Shown here piece after piece: positions 9,901 through 21,000 of a stretch of DNA of 40,318 nucleotides. Made by a program: the position numbers and the translations under genes. Every line of letters begins with the position of its first letter. The first letter of the stretch is position 1. The stretch is taken from contig JAVCCJ010000121.1 of assembly GCA_030765585.1 (NCBI GenBank), positions 71,233-111,550 of the forward strand, given 5' to 3'. This DNA comes from Candidatus Zapsychrus exili (lineage in GTDB: Bacteria; Omnitrophota; Gorgyraeia; Zapsychrales; Zapsychraceae). The notes under the pieces are model-generated. The model did not search any database, was not told the origin of the DNA, and saw only the letters and a list, made by a program, of their open reading frames with translations.

Positions 9901-12900
9901 ACTTGGCAAAAATAGGATTATTCTTATAAGTGTTGCGTTTGCTTCAGTCTTTTTCATTGCTGGAGGTATTCCTTTCAAATTGATTTTTGCATTTGTGGGA
10001 TTATATTGGATATATAATGTGTCAAGAGAGGCTTTCGGAAAGAAATTTAAAGGGTCTAAGATGCATAAGTATGCAGAAGATTTAAATGGTTCAACTAGTT
10101 TAAGTTTCGCAGGAATAGCTACTATGTTCATTATGACTATTCTTGGAATTATTCTTACGCCTGTTGATTTAGTAATTCAACTTGCAACACGCATTTTCTC
10201 AGGTACAACATGGGCTAAGAATGTAAGAGCAAAAAGAATGGATAACAACGGAGATACTAAGGACGATTTAAGAGAAAGAGAAGTTGCAGCTGACATTAAT
10301 GCTATTAGAAGAGGATTTGCAAAGAAAAATCTAGAGCATTATATAAATAGCGACAATATTAGTGTTCTTTTAGAGCTACAAGGGGCTGTTAAAGGTCTAG
10401 ATGTTTATTTTCCTGGAGACAAAGAGTTTGTTGCGCCTAATAAACAAGCTAAGTCTGACCCAACACGTTCTTTACCAGGTACTACAATGCCTACAAAAGC
10501 CGAAGTTAATAAACATGATATAAGCAGATTTGAAGAGTTTGATGAGAGCTCAGAAGAAGTTAAGCGTACTGAACAAGCCTTACGCGCTAATGGCTATGCT
10601 GAGATGGCTGATCATTTAGTTTGGATGGCAAAAGCTGGTTTAGTGCGTGGCGGACCACTAGTAGGTTTCTTAGCAACTACTATTGTCATTCCTGCGCAGG
10701 CAGGAATCTCAGCAAAAGAATACGTCCTAATCTCTACAAATTATCCTACTTACAACACACTTACCGAAAGAGTATTAAGCTTAGCTCACGAAATAGGCGC
10801 AACAAGCAAGTTCAATCTATCTCATGAAGATAATACTATAAGAGAAGAAGCTATTAGTAAATGGCTTGTTTTGAACAAAACAATTAAAGCAAGCAAGTAT
10901 TACGAAAAAGCTAAAGATGTGTTACAGATTTCAATTGGAGTTTTAGTTTTAGTTGTTGGAGTAGCTGTTGGGGCTATAGGAACGGTAGGTTTCTTAGCTC
11001 TTTTAGGTCTTGGTGGATTTGTTTATTTAAGTAAAAAGATTTTTAGGCCGCTTGTAGGCGACATAACTTTTATCCGTGGCTGGAGGAAATTTAAGTCTCA
11101 AGCGGCTTCTTATTTTAATAAGGAGCTTGATGTAAAAACCAGATACGATTGGCTGTCATTCTTAGCTACTATTGCAATTGTTCTTGCCATTGATTATCTT
11201 CTTCATTTTGGAATTTCTATTGAAGGTCCTATAAATCAAGATAGTTTACTAGAAACTGTTTTGGCGTGGTGGAATCCTTTAAGAATATTAACTTTTTGGA
11301 TACTTTTCTTAGGAGCTTTTGTTTATAAAATGCCATTTGCTATTTTTTATGGGATATTCAACTTATCAACATTTTATATTTTCCCTGAGTCCTTTGCTGC
11401 TGGAACCTTTATGAGGAATTATGGTTATAATTTATTTTTTGATGTTATTCATTTCTCAACAGTATTATTAGTTGGTTATGAAACTTACAGCATAGTGCAA
11501 GACGATCTTAAACAAACAGGCTTTTATAAAGAGAAACTAGGGCCAGATTTCTTATATTCATTTAAGAAAATATCTATTTTTGCAATGTTTGCTTTAGCGT
11601 TTTTGACATTGGTTGAAATTGCGAAACCAGCCATTGAACCAATACATAAAATGTTTGTTTCTAGAGAAGCTGCTGATTTCTCTAGAGAGTTAACGGTCGA
11701 TATTGGCAATATTTTAGCTTATATGGGAGGTACTGTATTATCTGTAATCGTCTTAAATATATATTATCCAATATTTAAAGCAGTTGATCCCGTTGTTACT
11801 AGGACGATAAAACCTATTCATAGGTTTGCTCTTAAGAAGATTTATGGTAAGGAGTACGATACGGTTATGATTCAAAATTATTGGAGGAAATCATACGAAG
11901 ATGACGAAGAGAAAATTGGCAAAGGAGAAGGTTATAAAGTTGGAGATACAGTAGAGATTGATATAAAAAGTGGTGTAATGTCTCGCGTCGTAGAAGATGA
12001 TAAAGTTAAAGAAGATGCCCCTAATTCGTATCCAGCTCCATTTAGGCCAACAGATAGTGCGCAAAAAAGATATAAGGGCACTAGTTTTAAACTTTTAGCC
12101 GAACGTACAGCTCAAAAGAATCTTAGCTTTAAATTGATTGAAGGCTCTTTGAGCGAAGAACAGGAGGCTATTATTAGACAGATGTTTAATAAAATTCTTT
12201 GGCTTTCTCGTGCTCCTCCTGAATATAAATTTCATATTGTTTTCACTTCTGATTTTAAAGAAACGCAAAATTCTTTAGCAGCGTATCATTATTCAGATAA
12301 AATTCTTTATATTCATTTATTTGTTGTTGATAAATTAGTATCTTTATCGCAACCTGATCGGATTAAATTCCTAGTATTTTTAAAGAAAGTTGTTTTAAAG
12401 AACCATGAAATACATCATATAAAGGGAGAAGATGAACAAAAAGCTCAAAAGCTTACAATAGATTATTTCTTAGAAGATCTTGATGCAGCAGCCAATACGT
12501 TTAATTTGGTAAAAGAAAGAGCCATTTTTGAGCTTCGTTTTAGTAGAAGTTTCTTGAAGTTGATTCTTGAGCATAAGTCCTTGTACAGGGTTTTATCAGT
12601 TCAAAGAGCAAGCTTTAAGAGCGTTATTGTGAATTTTAATGTACCTGAAGTTTTTAGTGTTACAAAAACAAAGCCAACAAAAGTTATCCTTTCTTTAAAT
12701 AGTGTATTCTTACCTGTATTCTTAACTATTTCTTCAGATTCTACTTTCCCACTTTTAGTTAAAATGGGCGACAATTTAGTGTTTGTTATTGTCGCCGCAG
12801 CTGCTCTCTTAACCATTGGATATCTTATAAGTTATTTTGTTTATAGAAAAAATAAATCTTCTTCAAACATCGAGAATTCAGATGATACTAAAGACTCTCA

Positions 12901-14815
12901 TTTTGTTGTTGGACCTTTATTATTAGCAGATTATTCAGATGGGGCTGTTGAAGCTTCTGAAATATCTACGAAACAAAGAACAGATCGCATTATTGAAAGA
13001 GTCCAAGAAGGGGCTGAATCTTTTAAAGCAACGGGTAATATTAGCGATGTTGCAACATTGACCTCCTTACATAAGCAATTCTACGAAACTCAAGATCAGA
13101 GAGTTATTGCGTCATTAATCAATAAAAAGGTGATTATTAATACTTACAAAGGAAGGCTAGTTGATAGAAAGTCTTATGCGCGGTTTGCAGAAGATGATCT
13201 TATACGTCTTGTTTTAGATAAGCAGTCTAAGGTAAAAGAACATTTATTTGTAAAAGACTTTTCTGGGTACAAGAAAGGCAATGGTGTTTCTTTTGATTGC
13301 ATAGTACGAAAATATGATGATAGAGAAAGAATATCTTATGTTGCTTCAGAAGATATGGGTAAATTTGTTGAAGATGAAAAAGTTGTAGAAATTCTAACAA
13401 AAAAGAAATATGGCGCTAATAGAGTTTTTGTAGAGAAAGGACTTCTTAAAAGACTATTGACCAGAAAAAGTTTAGTTTTAGGGATATCATCTGAGACAGG
13501 CAATATAGTTTACCTTGATTCAAGATATGTCAATAGTAACCCATATCGTATTTTCAGACAAAATTGGCATATAAATAATATTTTAAAATATTTTGAGAAT
13601 GACAAAAGTGATCATTATAAACAACGGTTAAAAGATGCGTTTACTGTAGCGAGAACATTTTATGAAAAAGGTAGTAATACAGGTATTAAAAAGAAGAAGA
13701 GCAAAATTGTAGTAAAGCCTTTATTCAAGAATATGGACGAGGTCATTGAGTTTCTTTATGTAATAATCAATACTTTTGGAACTCAATATTCTGCAGATTT
13801 CTTTATTTCAGGTATTTTGTTAGGTCTTTCACAGGATTATTTAGGCGCTTTCTCTAAGGATAATATATTGAATACTATAAGAGCATCTCAGAGCGCATTA
13901 GCGCAGAACTTTGATACGGATGTTATGAAAAGTGATAATCGTTATGTAGATAAATATATGAAAATGATAATAAAGCAGTTTGATGAGAATTTAAATGCGT
14001 TACAGTTAACGGTCTTATATAAGTATTACGAATTTATTAATAACGAGAATGAAGACTTTGATTTATATAATGATGAGATAATTCTTATTTGGGTAAATAT
14101 AGCTGAAGCGATTAATTGGAAGACAATCGTTAAAGCTATAAAAGATTTTGTGGGTACAACAGATAATGAGGATATTATTAAAGTTAAATCAGAATATAAT
14201 AAAGCTATTGGTATGGCCGTAAAAGAGTTAAAGCAATTAATGATTAATATAAAAAATGAGCTTCAGGCAAGAATTAATGAAAAAGGAATAAAGGCAGAGG
14301 TAAAGATAGATGAAAAGGATTATCTTGGTATGGCTCGTGAAATTTACTTTTCAGATTCGCGCAAGGGAAGTGATAAGAAATATGAACATGTTTGGGATTT
14401 AGACGATTTAGCTCGCATGAGAATTGTTACTGATTCTGACGCTGATAATCTTCATCTGGAATATGATGCTTTGGCTATTGTTCTAGATTTTATGAAAAGC
14501 AAAGGCATTAAGTTTATAGGCAATGAAGATGCTCTTATTTATAAGAGAAAATATGGTTTTGAATCAAATGATACAATTTACCAATTAAATAAGCTATTAA
14601 GATTGGAAGTTCAGATTATGTCAAAAGATTCAGAAAATGAAGCAGATCATGGAAAGATAGGACGTGTTTCTTATGAATTAGGAGTTAGAGGGCAAAAGAC
14701 AGAAGATCCTGTATTCTTACCAAATATTAGTAAAGATGAAAGCTCAGAAAATCTTCTTAAGAACTTAAAAGAGTATGTAAAAGCGCACGATATTATAAAC
14801 AATATATATGTTTAA
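6485..14815 (+). CDS. Giant multidomain protein, segment 2: GT48 1,3-beta-glucan synthase, RGGP and RAPP/HExxH modules, TM bundles, RelA/SpoT synthetase-like domain
   Basis: Frame 2 is open from 6485 (after TGA at 6482) and reads KSKKQAIEKASINKILPKAYPDIK. The ORF-track TTG at 6530 has no clear Shine-Dalgarno. The segment ends at TAA 14813-14815 at the start of a TGS-like domain. Confidence 0.9.
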   Translation, partial: KSKKQAIEKASINKILPKAYPDIKTTKYGFLGWVRMISQFKWIFVVLHMTILLASFGASLTQPIHTVIANKELLVAALNNWYPYALVALGVIAFIQFVIWLINKKTKQKDLLENHWGDMVLPSEGRNKDRVEGTGARKTKSAFIMMTTLITKLIFNAYIFQWIAPGLQVLAESNWLVSWGGWALVAVPALFMLIVMLLDIFAYFYIVEGFLGYVLAKWEGVNRIKSWNRSAAGTALRNISIMTVIGLVIFIQPLDLSFGQWIIQNPVYNIAGFVVGGAVLLTVANIILKSFGISQIGGDTVSEMFEKAGKKFEENILPPSYVNRAGVRQILTGEQRKVAWAKAWNMIVRQYLLDDLISIEEAKMMIFVLGISGKDVSVDKDTSKLSEDELNSLAGIGPDKYDFLNGKIKRSPDLRNIKPRNKQVQSRIKFFLSTLFMDIDQTPVWERMYMLTTAMPQFEEVIMYPFSQYTVGEYDGLNSKYKTGHTFLTYFMNKHSLEWDNFRARLTREIEQEKDFIKKAKKKADLILLNNLKPGEKLGNYNPATLDYEMNSMDIQQEVRLWLSFRYQPLARSIRGMMNNRQMYVFLAKVNFPTTGSFINNKNEIESKIAKYKTQSYEQNIDEIVDAKYEFLPGLQIYGESKEAVVKNTEEGKSKYRFYKNYLIFNDANYLLKKYKHFKAAYLMIGKNKSGGVVRYAEEKPENKEDIFYEFSAEEGGGYIVRDSYMPLSSHPFSLQGKPMNQSNILRFARGEIVQMMDMNQDMYLEETFKAPSLMEEFRKQSRLAIVGYPEDIFTGVSSPAGAVHAYGDHTFSTLIQRVLDFAGVRYHYGHPDFVRAMSFKQLGLLSQPWVNEDIFGAYKGTLYGEKVINREIMQAAKGREGVYAGLLGISDKFGAGAGEQSVSFEISLHNTSSVIGFSRQFIHFVASIGYFIRKPLVVLQNNLYILTVVLFGISFFAAFPDELIFGLIGLLLSQAITATGYFQLVIENGFLRGTLKFMNVFPKAAVIYQSLVYNAFSTGFQKAMVNNGDYIKTGRRPGRDHVHPFMDTKGIEDQGQQDLYFFLNKANFPKVVYATILAIVGLFLWRSWGSIWSIFPVLMVFASLMAPVLINPGSTPVTISTKRWWKQHKRDGKKFVEKLGKNRIILISVAFASVFFIAGGIPFKLIFAFVGLYWIYNVSREAFGKKFKGSKMHKYAEDLNGSTSLSFAGIATMFIMTILGIILTPVDLVIQLATRIFSGTTWAKNVRAKRMDNNGDTKDDLREREVAADINAIRRGFAKKNLEHYINSDNISVLLELQGAVKGLDVYFPGDKEFVAPNKQAKSDPTRSLPGTTMPTKAEVNKHDISRFEEFDESSEEVKRTEQALRANGYAEMADHLVWMAKAGLVRGGPLVGFLATTIVIPAQAGISAKEYVLISTNYPTYNTLTERVLSLAHEIGATSKFNLSHEDNTIREEAISKWLVLNKTIKASKYYEKAKDVLQISIGVLVLVVGVAVGAIGTVGFLALLGLGGFVYLSKKIFRPLVGDITFIRGWRKFKSQAASYFNKELDVKTRYDWLSFLATIAIVLAIDYLLHFGISIEGPINQDSLLETVLAWWNPLRILTFWILFLGAFVYKMPFAIFYGIFNLSTFYIFPESFAAGTFMRNYGYNLFFDVIHFSTVLLVGYETYSIVQDDLKQTGFYKEKLGPDFLYSFKKISIFAMFALAFLTLVEIAKPAIEPIHKMFVSREAADFSRELTVDIGNILAYMGGTVLSVIVLNIYYPIFKAVDPVVTRTIKPIHRFALKKIYGKEYDTVMIQNYWRKSYEDDEEKIGKGEGYKVGDTVEIDIKSGVMSRVVEDDKVKEDAPNSYPAPFRPTDSAQKRYKGTSFKLLAERTAQKNLSFKLIEGSLSEEQEAIIRQMFNKILWLSRAPPEYKFHIVFTSDFKETQNSLAAYHYSDKILYIHLFVVDKLVSLSQPDRIKFLVFLKKVVLKNHEIHHIKGEDEQKAQKLTIDYFLEDLDAAANTFNLVKERAIFELRFSRSFLKLILEHKSLYRVLSVQRASFKSVIVNFNVPEVFSVTKTKPTKVILSLNSVFLPVFLTISSDSTFPLLVKMGDNLVFVIVAAAALLTIGYLISYFVYRKNKSSSNIENSDDTKDSHFVVGPLLLADYSDGAVEASEISTKQRTDRIIERVQEGAESFKATGNISDVATLTSLHKQFYETQDQRVIASLINKKVIINTYKGRLVDRKSYARFAEDDLIRLVLDKQSKVKEHLFVKDFSGYKKGNGVSFDCIVRKYDDRERISYVASEDMGKFVEDEKVVEILTKKKYGANRVFVEKGLLKRLLTRKSLVLGISSETGNIVYLDSRYVNSNPYRIFRQNWHINNILKYFENDKSDHYKQRLKDAFTVARTFYEKGSNTGIKKKKSKIVVKPLFKNMDEVIEFLYVIINTFGTQYSADFFISGILLGLSQDYLGAFSKDNILNTIRASQSALAQNFDTDVMKSDNRYVDKYMKMIIKQFDENLNALQLTVLYKYYEFINNENEDFDLYNDEIILIWVNIAEAINWKTIVKAIKDFVGTTDNEDIIKVKSEYNKAIGMAVKELKQLMINIKNELQARINEKGIKAEVKIDEKDYLGMAREIYFSDSRKGSDKKYEHVWDLDDLARMRIVTDSDADNLHLEYDALAIVLDFMKSKGIKFIGNEDALIYKRKYGFESNDTIYQLNKLLRLEVQIMSKDSENEADHGKIGRVSYELGVRGQKTEDPVFLPNISKDESSENLLKNLKEYVKAHDIINNIYV
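11380..11770 (+). other. Multi-TM domain, weakly VanZ-like
   Basis: FDVIHF...LVEIAKP...SRELTVDIGNILAYMGGTVL resembles the VanZ-like pattern (DKxxHF...E.xQ...R..D..D...N..G). Confidence 0.3.
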
Positions 14816-15000
14816 TTTAAGATTGGAGATGAAGGGGTTAATATTGTAACTTTGCCTGAAGGGTCTATTGTCGCTGATTTATTGGCACATTTTAGAGTTA
14901 ACTATTTTGGCAATAATGTAGAAATGAAAAGTCTAGAATCGTATAACAAACTTGGCTTAAGATCTGTTTTAAAAAATGGTCAATTAGTTTATATAAAGAA
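14200..15000 (+). other. RelA/SpoT (p)ppGpp synthetase-like domain plus TGS domain, interrupted by an in-frame TAA
   Basis: DLDDLARMRIV, KYGFESNDT, LEVQIMS, EADHG...SYE match the RSH synthetase motif order. Then IYV*FKIG...TLPEGSIVADL...LKNGQLVYI matches TGS (IYVFTPxG...LPxGATPxDF...LxNGDxVEI). Confidence 0.8.
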
Positions 15001-18000
15001 ATTGAGCGGCAAGATGCCAGGCATGAGTAGGTTGAAATATCATGATATGAAAAGCTATAGAGGAAAGTTGAAATGGACAGAATTTAGTAAGCCTTCTGAT
15101 AAAAAAGATGCAACAGTTAAAGGCAAACAAATGCTAGAGAAAGCTACTAAAGTTTTGTTTGCTGGCAAGAGAGAAAAAGAAAGATTGAGAATTTTATCTG
15201 ACGTTGTAAGTAAGATAGGGTTTAAATTCTCTGGGGCTAATGATTTGGCTGAGCTTTATAGGGCAATTTATTTTGAAGCATTAACAGTGGATGAAGCGTC
15301 AGATTTTATTGTGAAAGCACAAAATAAGATTAAAAGGTATATTCCTTATGCTGCAGGCGAAGAAGGAAAGGACGACAAGAAGACTAATATGAATGCGTTT
15401 AATCCTTTATTATTATTAGGTTTAAATAGTTTTGTTTCAGGTGAGATGTTGTTGGCTGTAGGTGTATTATCAATAATTGCAATTGTGGCATGGTTTGTAT
15501 TAAGAAGAAGCTCTCCTGCATTAAGCAATATTTCACGTCTTTTTATTTTGATATTCAAGAAAGCGCTACCTTATAAGTTTAATAAGGAAACGGCACATAA
15601 AAGAAGTATTGAGGGAGAAGATAATGTTATTAAAGATAAGTCATCTGAGAAATTTTCTAATATGTTTGATACCTCTGATAATTTACTTAGAGCTCTTGAT
15701 GATCAAGGTATTTATCGGTTAATTAGTTTGGTAAAACGCTTTAGAAAAGAAGCTTTGAATACGTTGCTTAGTCCTTTAAGCAGAGGCGATTTCTTCAGTC
15801 GTGTCAAAATAGCTGTCAGTAATTTTAAGTTTATGTCTCAACTTTCAGATAGTAAAGATAAAAAATATGGAGGTGTTAATTGGGATAGATGTATTTTGGC
15901 AACACTTTTCTGTAGCAATCTTGGTTTTATTGCGTTTGGAAAAGATGGAGAAGTTAAGCAAGAGTTTGAAGATATTGTTCAATGGGATTTTAAAAGAGAA
16001 AATAGAATCATTAAAAATACTGCTCCATATCTTTCTCTTGCGGGGCTTGAAACTTATCGTAGACAGTATATTTCAGACTTAAAACATGTTTATATTTCAG
16101 AATATATAGCTAGAACTAAGATTTTTGAGTCAAAATTGTTTAGAAATGTTTTTACAGAAAAAGAGAAAAAGATTATTAGTTTTCTTATTTGGTATCATCA
16201 TACGCTAATTGAGTTAGCTGGATATGGTGCTCTTAAGGATCAAGCAGATTTAAGTGTTATGCTTAGAGATATTTTAGACGTCTCAAATAGCACAGGATTA
16301 TCTAAAAAAGAATTATTGGATATGCTTTATGCTGCTACTTTGTCTGATTCTTTTTTAAAAGGAAAAACAAAAGCTGTTGGTCTTAACACAGCAGCTAAAA
16401 AGACAATGTTAGGAATAATAGATGTATTAAATGAAGAGTATACCGAGGATAGCGCTAGCATAGAAGTCGTTAAGAAATTATGTGAAGATAAAATATTAAA
16501 TCAAATAAGAGAGTTGCGATCAGAGCCAGACGCAATCTTTACAGAGCATCTTGCAGAGATGATAAAACACAAAACTTACGATGAGATAAGACCTCTTGTT
16601 GAAGCATATAAGCTTGCATCTTGGGGTTATTTTGGAGCGAGAAGACAAGAAAAGTTTGATTCATTAGAAGGCAAAAAAATGAGAAGGTCCGTTATTGTTC
16701 ACGCAGTAAGAACATTGCGTCATCATATTACCTATGATGTTGAGACAAATATAATAAAAATTCTTCATGATATCTTTGAAGATACAGAAATCCCAGAGGA
16801 AATTATAGAAGAAATATTTGGCAAAGACATTCTCTATTGTTTGCAATTATTAAATAAGAAGAGAATCGAAGCTAAATTATCCTTAGGCATAAAACTGTAT
16901 TTTATAGAGACAATATATAGATGGAAGCTTATAGCCAAGCAGCGCATGGATATATTCTATGAGAAGTATGGTTTTTATTATAATGAGAAACAATATGCAT
17001 ATTATATGGCAATTCTTTTTTCCTACGGAGGCTATAAAACACAATTAGCAAAGTGTGCTGATTTGGTAGATAATTTCTTAACTATTGCTGCCAAGCGGAA
17101 TAAAAGTGGACTATTAGCAAAATATGCAGGAATTGCAATACCGTTTATTATTGAGATGTCTATTTTGAATAAAGAAGATAAGCATGAATTTTTAAACAAT
17201 TTGCTTAAAGGCATAACAATCTTGTTAAAGCAAAGAGATATAGATGCAGGGCTTATTAAACAATGTGAACAGTTTAGAAAGACTGTTCATTATTATAGGA
17301 ATTTTATTGAAAATGATAGTAAGAAAATAGAATCTGTTTCGTTGATACAAAAGTTTCTTTATGGGAGAAGCAAAACTGTTAAATCTTTTATAAAGATATT
17401 TGGTATTGCTGTTCCACTTTTTAGCGTTTATGCAAGAAGGATTGTAAGGTATATATTGCCTTATATTTTCATTGATAATTTAAAGAAGGAGTATAGGTCG
17501 GATACTTTAGGTCGTACGCGAGTGCTTATTAAAGGAAATAGTCTTTATATAACAGGAAAACGCAGAATGCTCTGGATTTTATTGCGCTTTATAACAGTAT
17601 TTATTATAAATAAAACAATTAGGACTATATTTACAGGCGTTTTAGAAGAAAAAGACGTGTCTTATCTCTCTGTTAGGAAAATTAAGAAATCGCATAGAAG
17701 CATATTTGACGCTAACTTGTTGAGTGTGAGTCCTATTCTTTTATTGGATTCTAATTTCGTTATTTTAGCTGTAATCTTTTTTATATCTTACAGAATATTT
17801 AATCATTATTTAAGCAATGCGCCGCCTATAAAGGTAAAAGGTAAAAGGCAAAGTGTAAAAGATTATAAATTAAAGCCGTTAGAGCAAATAGTAATACAAT
17901 TCTTATCTGACTTATTCCGTGGCTGGTACCGCAGAATAAATTCTGCGTGGGGGAGGATAAGAATTTCTGCTCTAACGGTTTTTTCTTATGACAATAGGTT

Positions 18001-21000
18001 ACCTAGGGCTGTTGATTTTGCTCGTGAGAAACCAAATAGCACTTTACCAGACGATCCTATAGAAAGAGAATTTGCTGTACAACAAGAAATTCGAAGTACA
18101 AATACAGTTGCGTCTTTTGAGCTAAGTTATGTTAGAGATGCAATTAAGATATCTTTGGATATTGTTGGGCTTCATGATTCAGAAATACATCAGATACTTG
18201 TCAATATGTTGAGTCTTGAGATTCGTGCAGGTCCAATGAAAAATATTTATGGTGCATTTAAAGAGAATATTCTTTATCTTGATAAGACCCTCCTTAATCC
18301 TCGCAATTGGAAGAAATTAATAAAAACATTAATTCATGAAGCCGGAGTTCCTTTGGGTAGAAGCGATACTCAGAACGAAAAGTTTGCGTTTTCTTTTAAC
18401 GACAAGTTGAAAAAGAATCCTTTTAAGAATATTAGATATTATAAAAATTATCGAAAAATAGTTTCTTCTCTTAAGAAAATTGATATAGATATTAATTTTG
18501 CAAAGAATATTATTTGTAGTTTAGAATTGCCGTTATTTTTACAATTTAATCGTCTGTATTGGAACAGAGAATATCCAGAGAAGAGAATTTTAAGAGAAGA
18601 AATAGAAACCATGCAATGGTATATAAAAAGTTTCAAGAAATTAGAGTTATTGACCGTAGAAGCTGTAGAAGCCAAGTTGTTAAGAGATGTTAAAAAACAT
18701 GTAGGGGATGTTGCATATGAACAAACGAAGCGAGTTATTGATGGGATACGCAGTAAACACGAGGGGGTTGTTGGCAAAACATATAATAGACAAACTTTAA
18801 GATATGCCATTAAAGAGACTGCAAAAATAATATGTTTAACAAGGGTACAGTTAGAACGTCAAGAGAAGAGGGGCTTACTTTTTACTAAGTTTAATGTTAA
18901 GGGTAAGAACATAGATGAGTTGCCTATTATACCGATAGACAATAAAGGCAATATATTAGAGCATCTTCTTTTTTGGGCAAATGATTATGATAAAGTTCCT
19001 AATAGTGACTATTATCGTGCGCGTAAGATGTCTATAAGAGATTTGGCTTATGAAAAGTATAAAGATAGTCCTCAACAATTGAAGATATTGTTTGCCTTTT
19101 TAAAACCTCAGGTTACTTTTGCATCTGTATCTGCTCCTATATTTTTAATAGGCTTAGATCCAACTGTTTTGCTATTATCGGCAATTGTGGTGGCAATAGG
19201 TTTTGTAGTATTTAAACTTTTGAATAATAAGAGAAGCGACAATAAATTAGAAAAAGATGCTGGTATAAAAACTTATACAAATGTTACAAAACAATATACA
19301 GAAGACATTATTAAAGAAGCTGTTAGGCAGCAGAGAGACGCGCTTTTAGAAGCTTTGGTAAGACATAACGAGGGCACTGTGGGCTCGTTACCAAGAGAGC
19401 AAGATATTTTCTTTCTTCAAGATTTCTCAGGAGAAACAACACTTTCAGCAAGGGTTTTAGATAGTAAATGTGGAATAGTTCAGGAAGATTTATACAGACG
19501 ACTATCTATGTTAAAGGCATATGTTGACAATGGTACAGGAATAAAGATCTTTTTACATAATGCATTTAATATTTTCTTTACTAGGGGACATGCGTTTTTG
19601 GTTGTTTCAGATGGAAAAGAGATATTCCTAGTTGATACATCTTTTGAGCAATTTTTTGTTCTTAATAATGGAGATAAAAAAGAAAACGGATATGAAGGTT
19701 ATATTATTCGTACAAAGAAAGACAACGGCAGCTGGAAAAAGATAGCTTATGAATTAAGAGAAAAAGGCTATGTGCGTTTAACTCAAGAGTTCTTAGAGAT
19801 GTATGCTAGTATTTTGCGTCAAGAATATAATTTAACTAGAGAAGCAACAGTGGAAGACATGTTGGCTTCTGATCCATATTATTTACAATATGATGACTCA
19901 CGTCTTAAACAATGGCTAGGAGATGTTGTCGTTCCTCAATGGGCTAAAGATTATAGAATAGAGTTTCTTACAAATAGTTTGGCAGACGAAGCCGTTGTTC
20001 TTAATTCTTTTCTATTTCCTATTTCTTTAATTTTAGTTTTTGTATGTCTTTTTGTACAAAATGGTTCAGGAACAGAATTTGTTTATGATATCTTTGCTTG
20101 GATGCAGACATTGATAAGCTCTTCTTCTGAAGAAGTTTATTGCGCAGCATCCTTGTTGCTTGCTTCATTTGTATCGGGTAAAGATCCTGATTCATCAGAG
20201 GCTAATGAAATGGTATTAGATGCTTTAGAAGAAGCAGGTATAGATTTTACAAAATTAACATATGACAAATGGGCAACACTTTTAGCATTGGCTAATTCTT
20301 TAGATAAGAGCATTACAACGGATAGAGGAAAAATACGTTTTGAACAGTTTAAAAGAAGTATTAAAGATTTGTCGTCTATTGACATTGCTGTTGATGGAAG
20401 AGTATTGTTTGAGCACAAGGTAGCTAAAATTTCTAGAAGTAGGTTAGCATATTTCATAGGTAAGCCAGGTGAAATGGCAGCTGATCTACTTTTTGTTCAA
20501 GCACAAGCTAATATAAATAAAAATCAGTTTAATAAACCACGTGGATGGAAGATTGCGATTGTGATTGATTTGCCTCTTAAGAAGAGTGTTTTAGACGATA
20601 TAAAGAATAATTTAATAGCATTTGTTGAAAAAGACAAAAGGCTGTCTAATCTTAATGGTTTTATAAAAGATGGCAATGTTGAGGTGCTTGTAAGAAGTGA
20701 AAAGAATATTTCAGAAGATGTAAGTGACTTTTTGTATGATTTAAGTGATAGAAAAGGAACCATTATTGTAAAAGGTTTAAAAGACAGTAAATATTTAGAT
20801 TTGTTCAGCGCAAGAAGGTTCTACTTGTTAAGAGCAAAAGACAAAAAAGAAGCAGTTGTCTCGGGTGTTCTAAGAGGGGATGTTGTAATAGGATATATTC
20901 CTAGAAGATATAAAAATAGATTAGCGTTAGATAGAGAGACGTTAAGAAGCATTACATTATATAGAAATTTAAAATATTGGTTCCAAGTTTTACAAGACGA

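Noticed and set aside
14825..14854. GGAG/GAAGGGG as an RBS for the TTG at 14852
   Set aside because: The spacing is 14 nt or more, and the start would fall inside the TGS motif. Weak reinitiation cannot be fully excluded.
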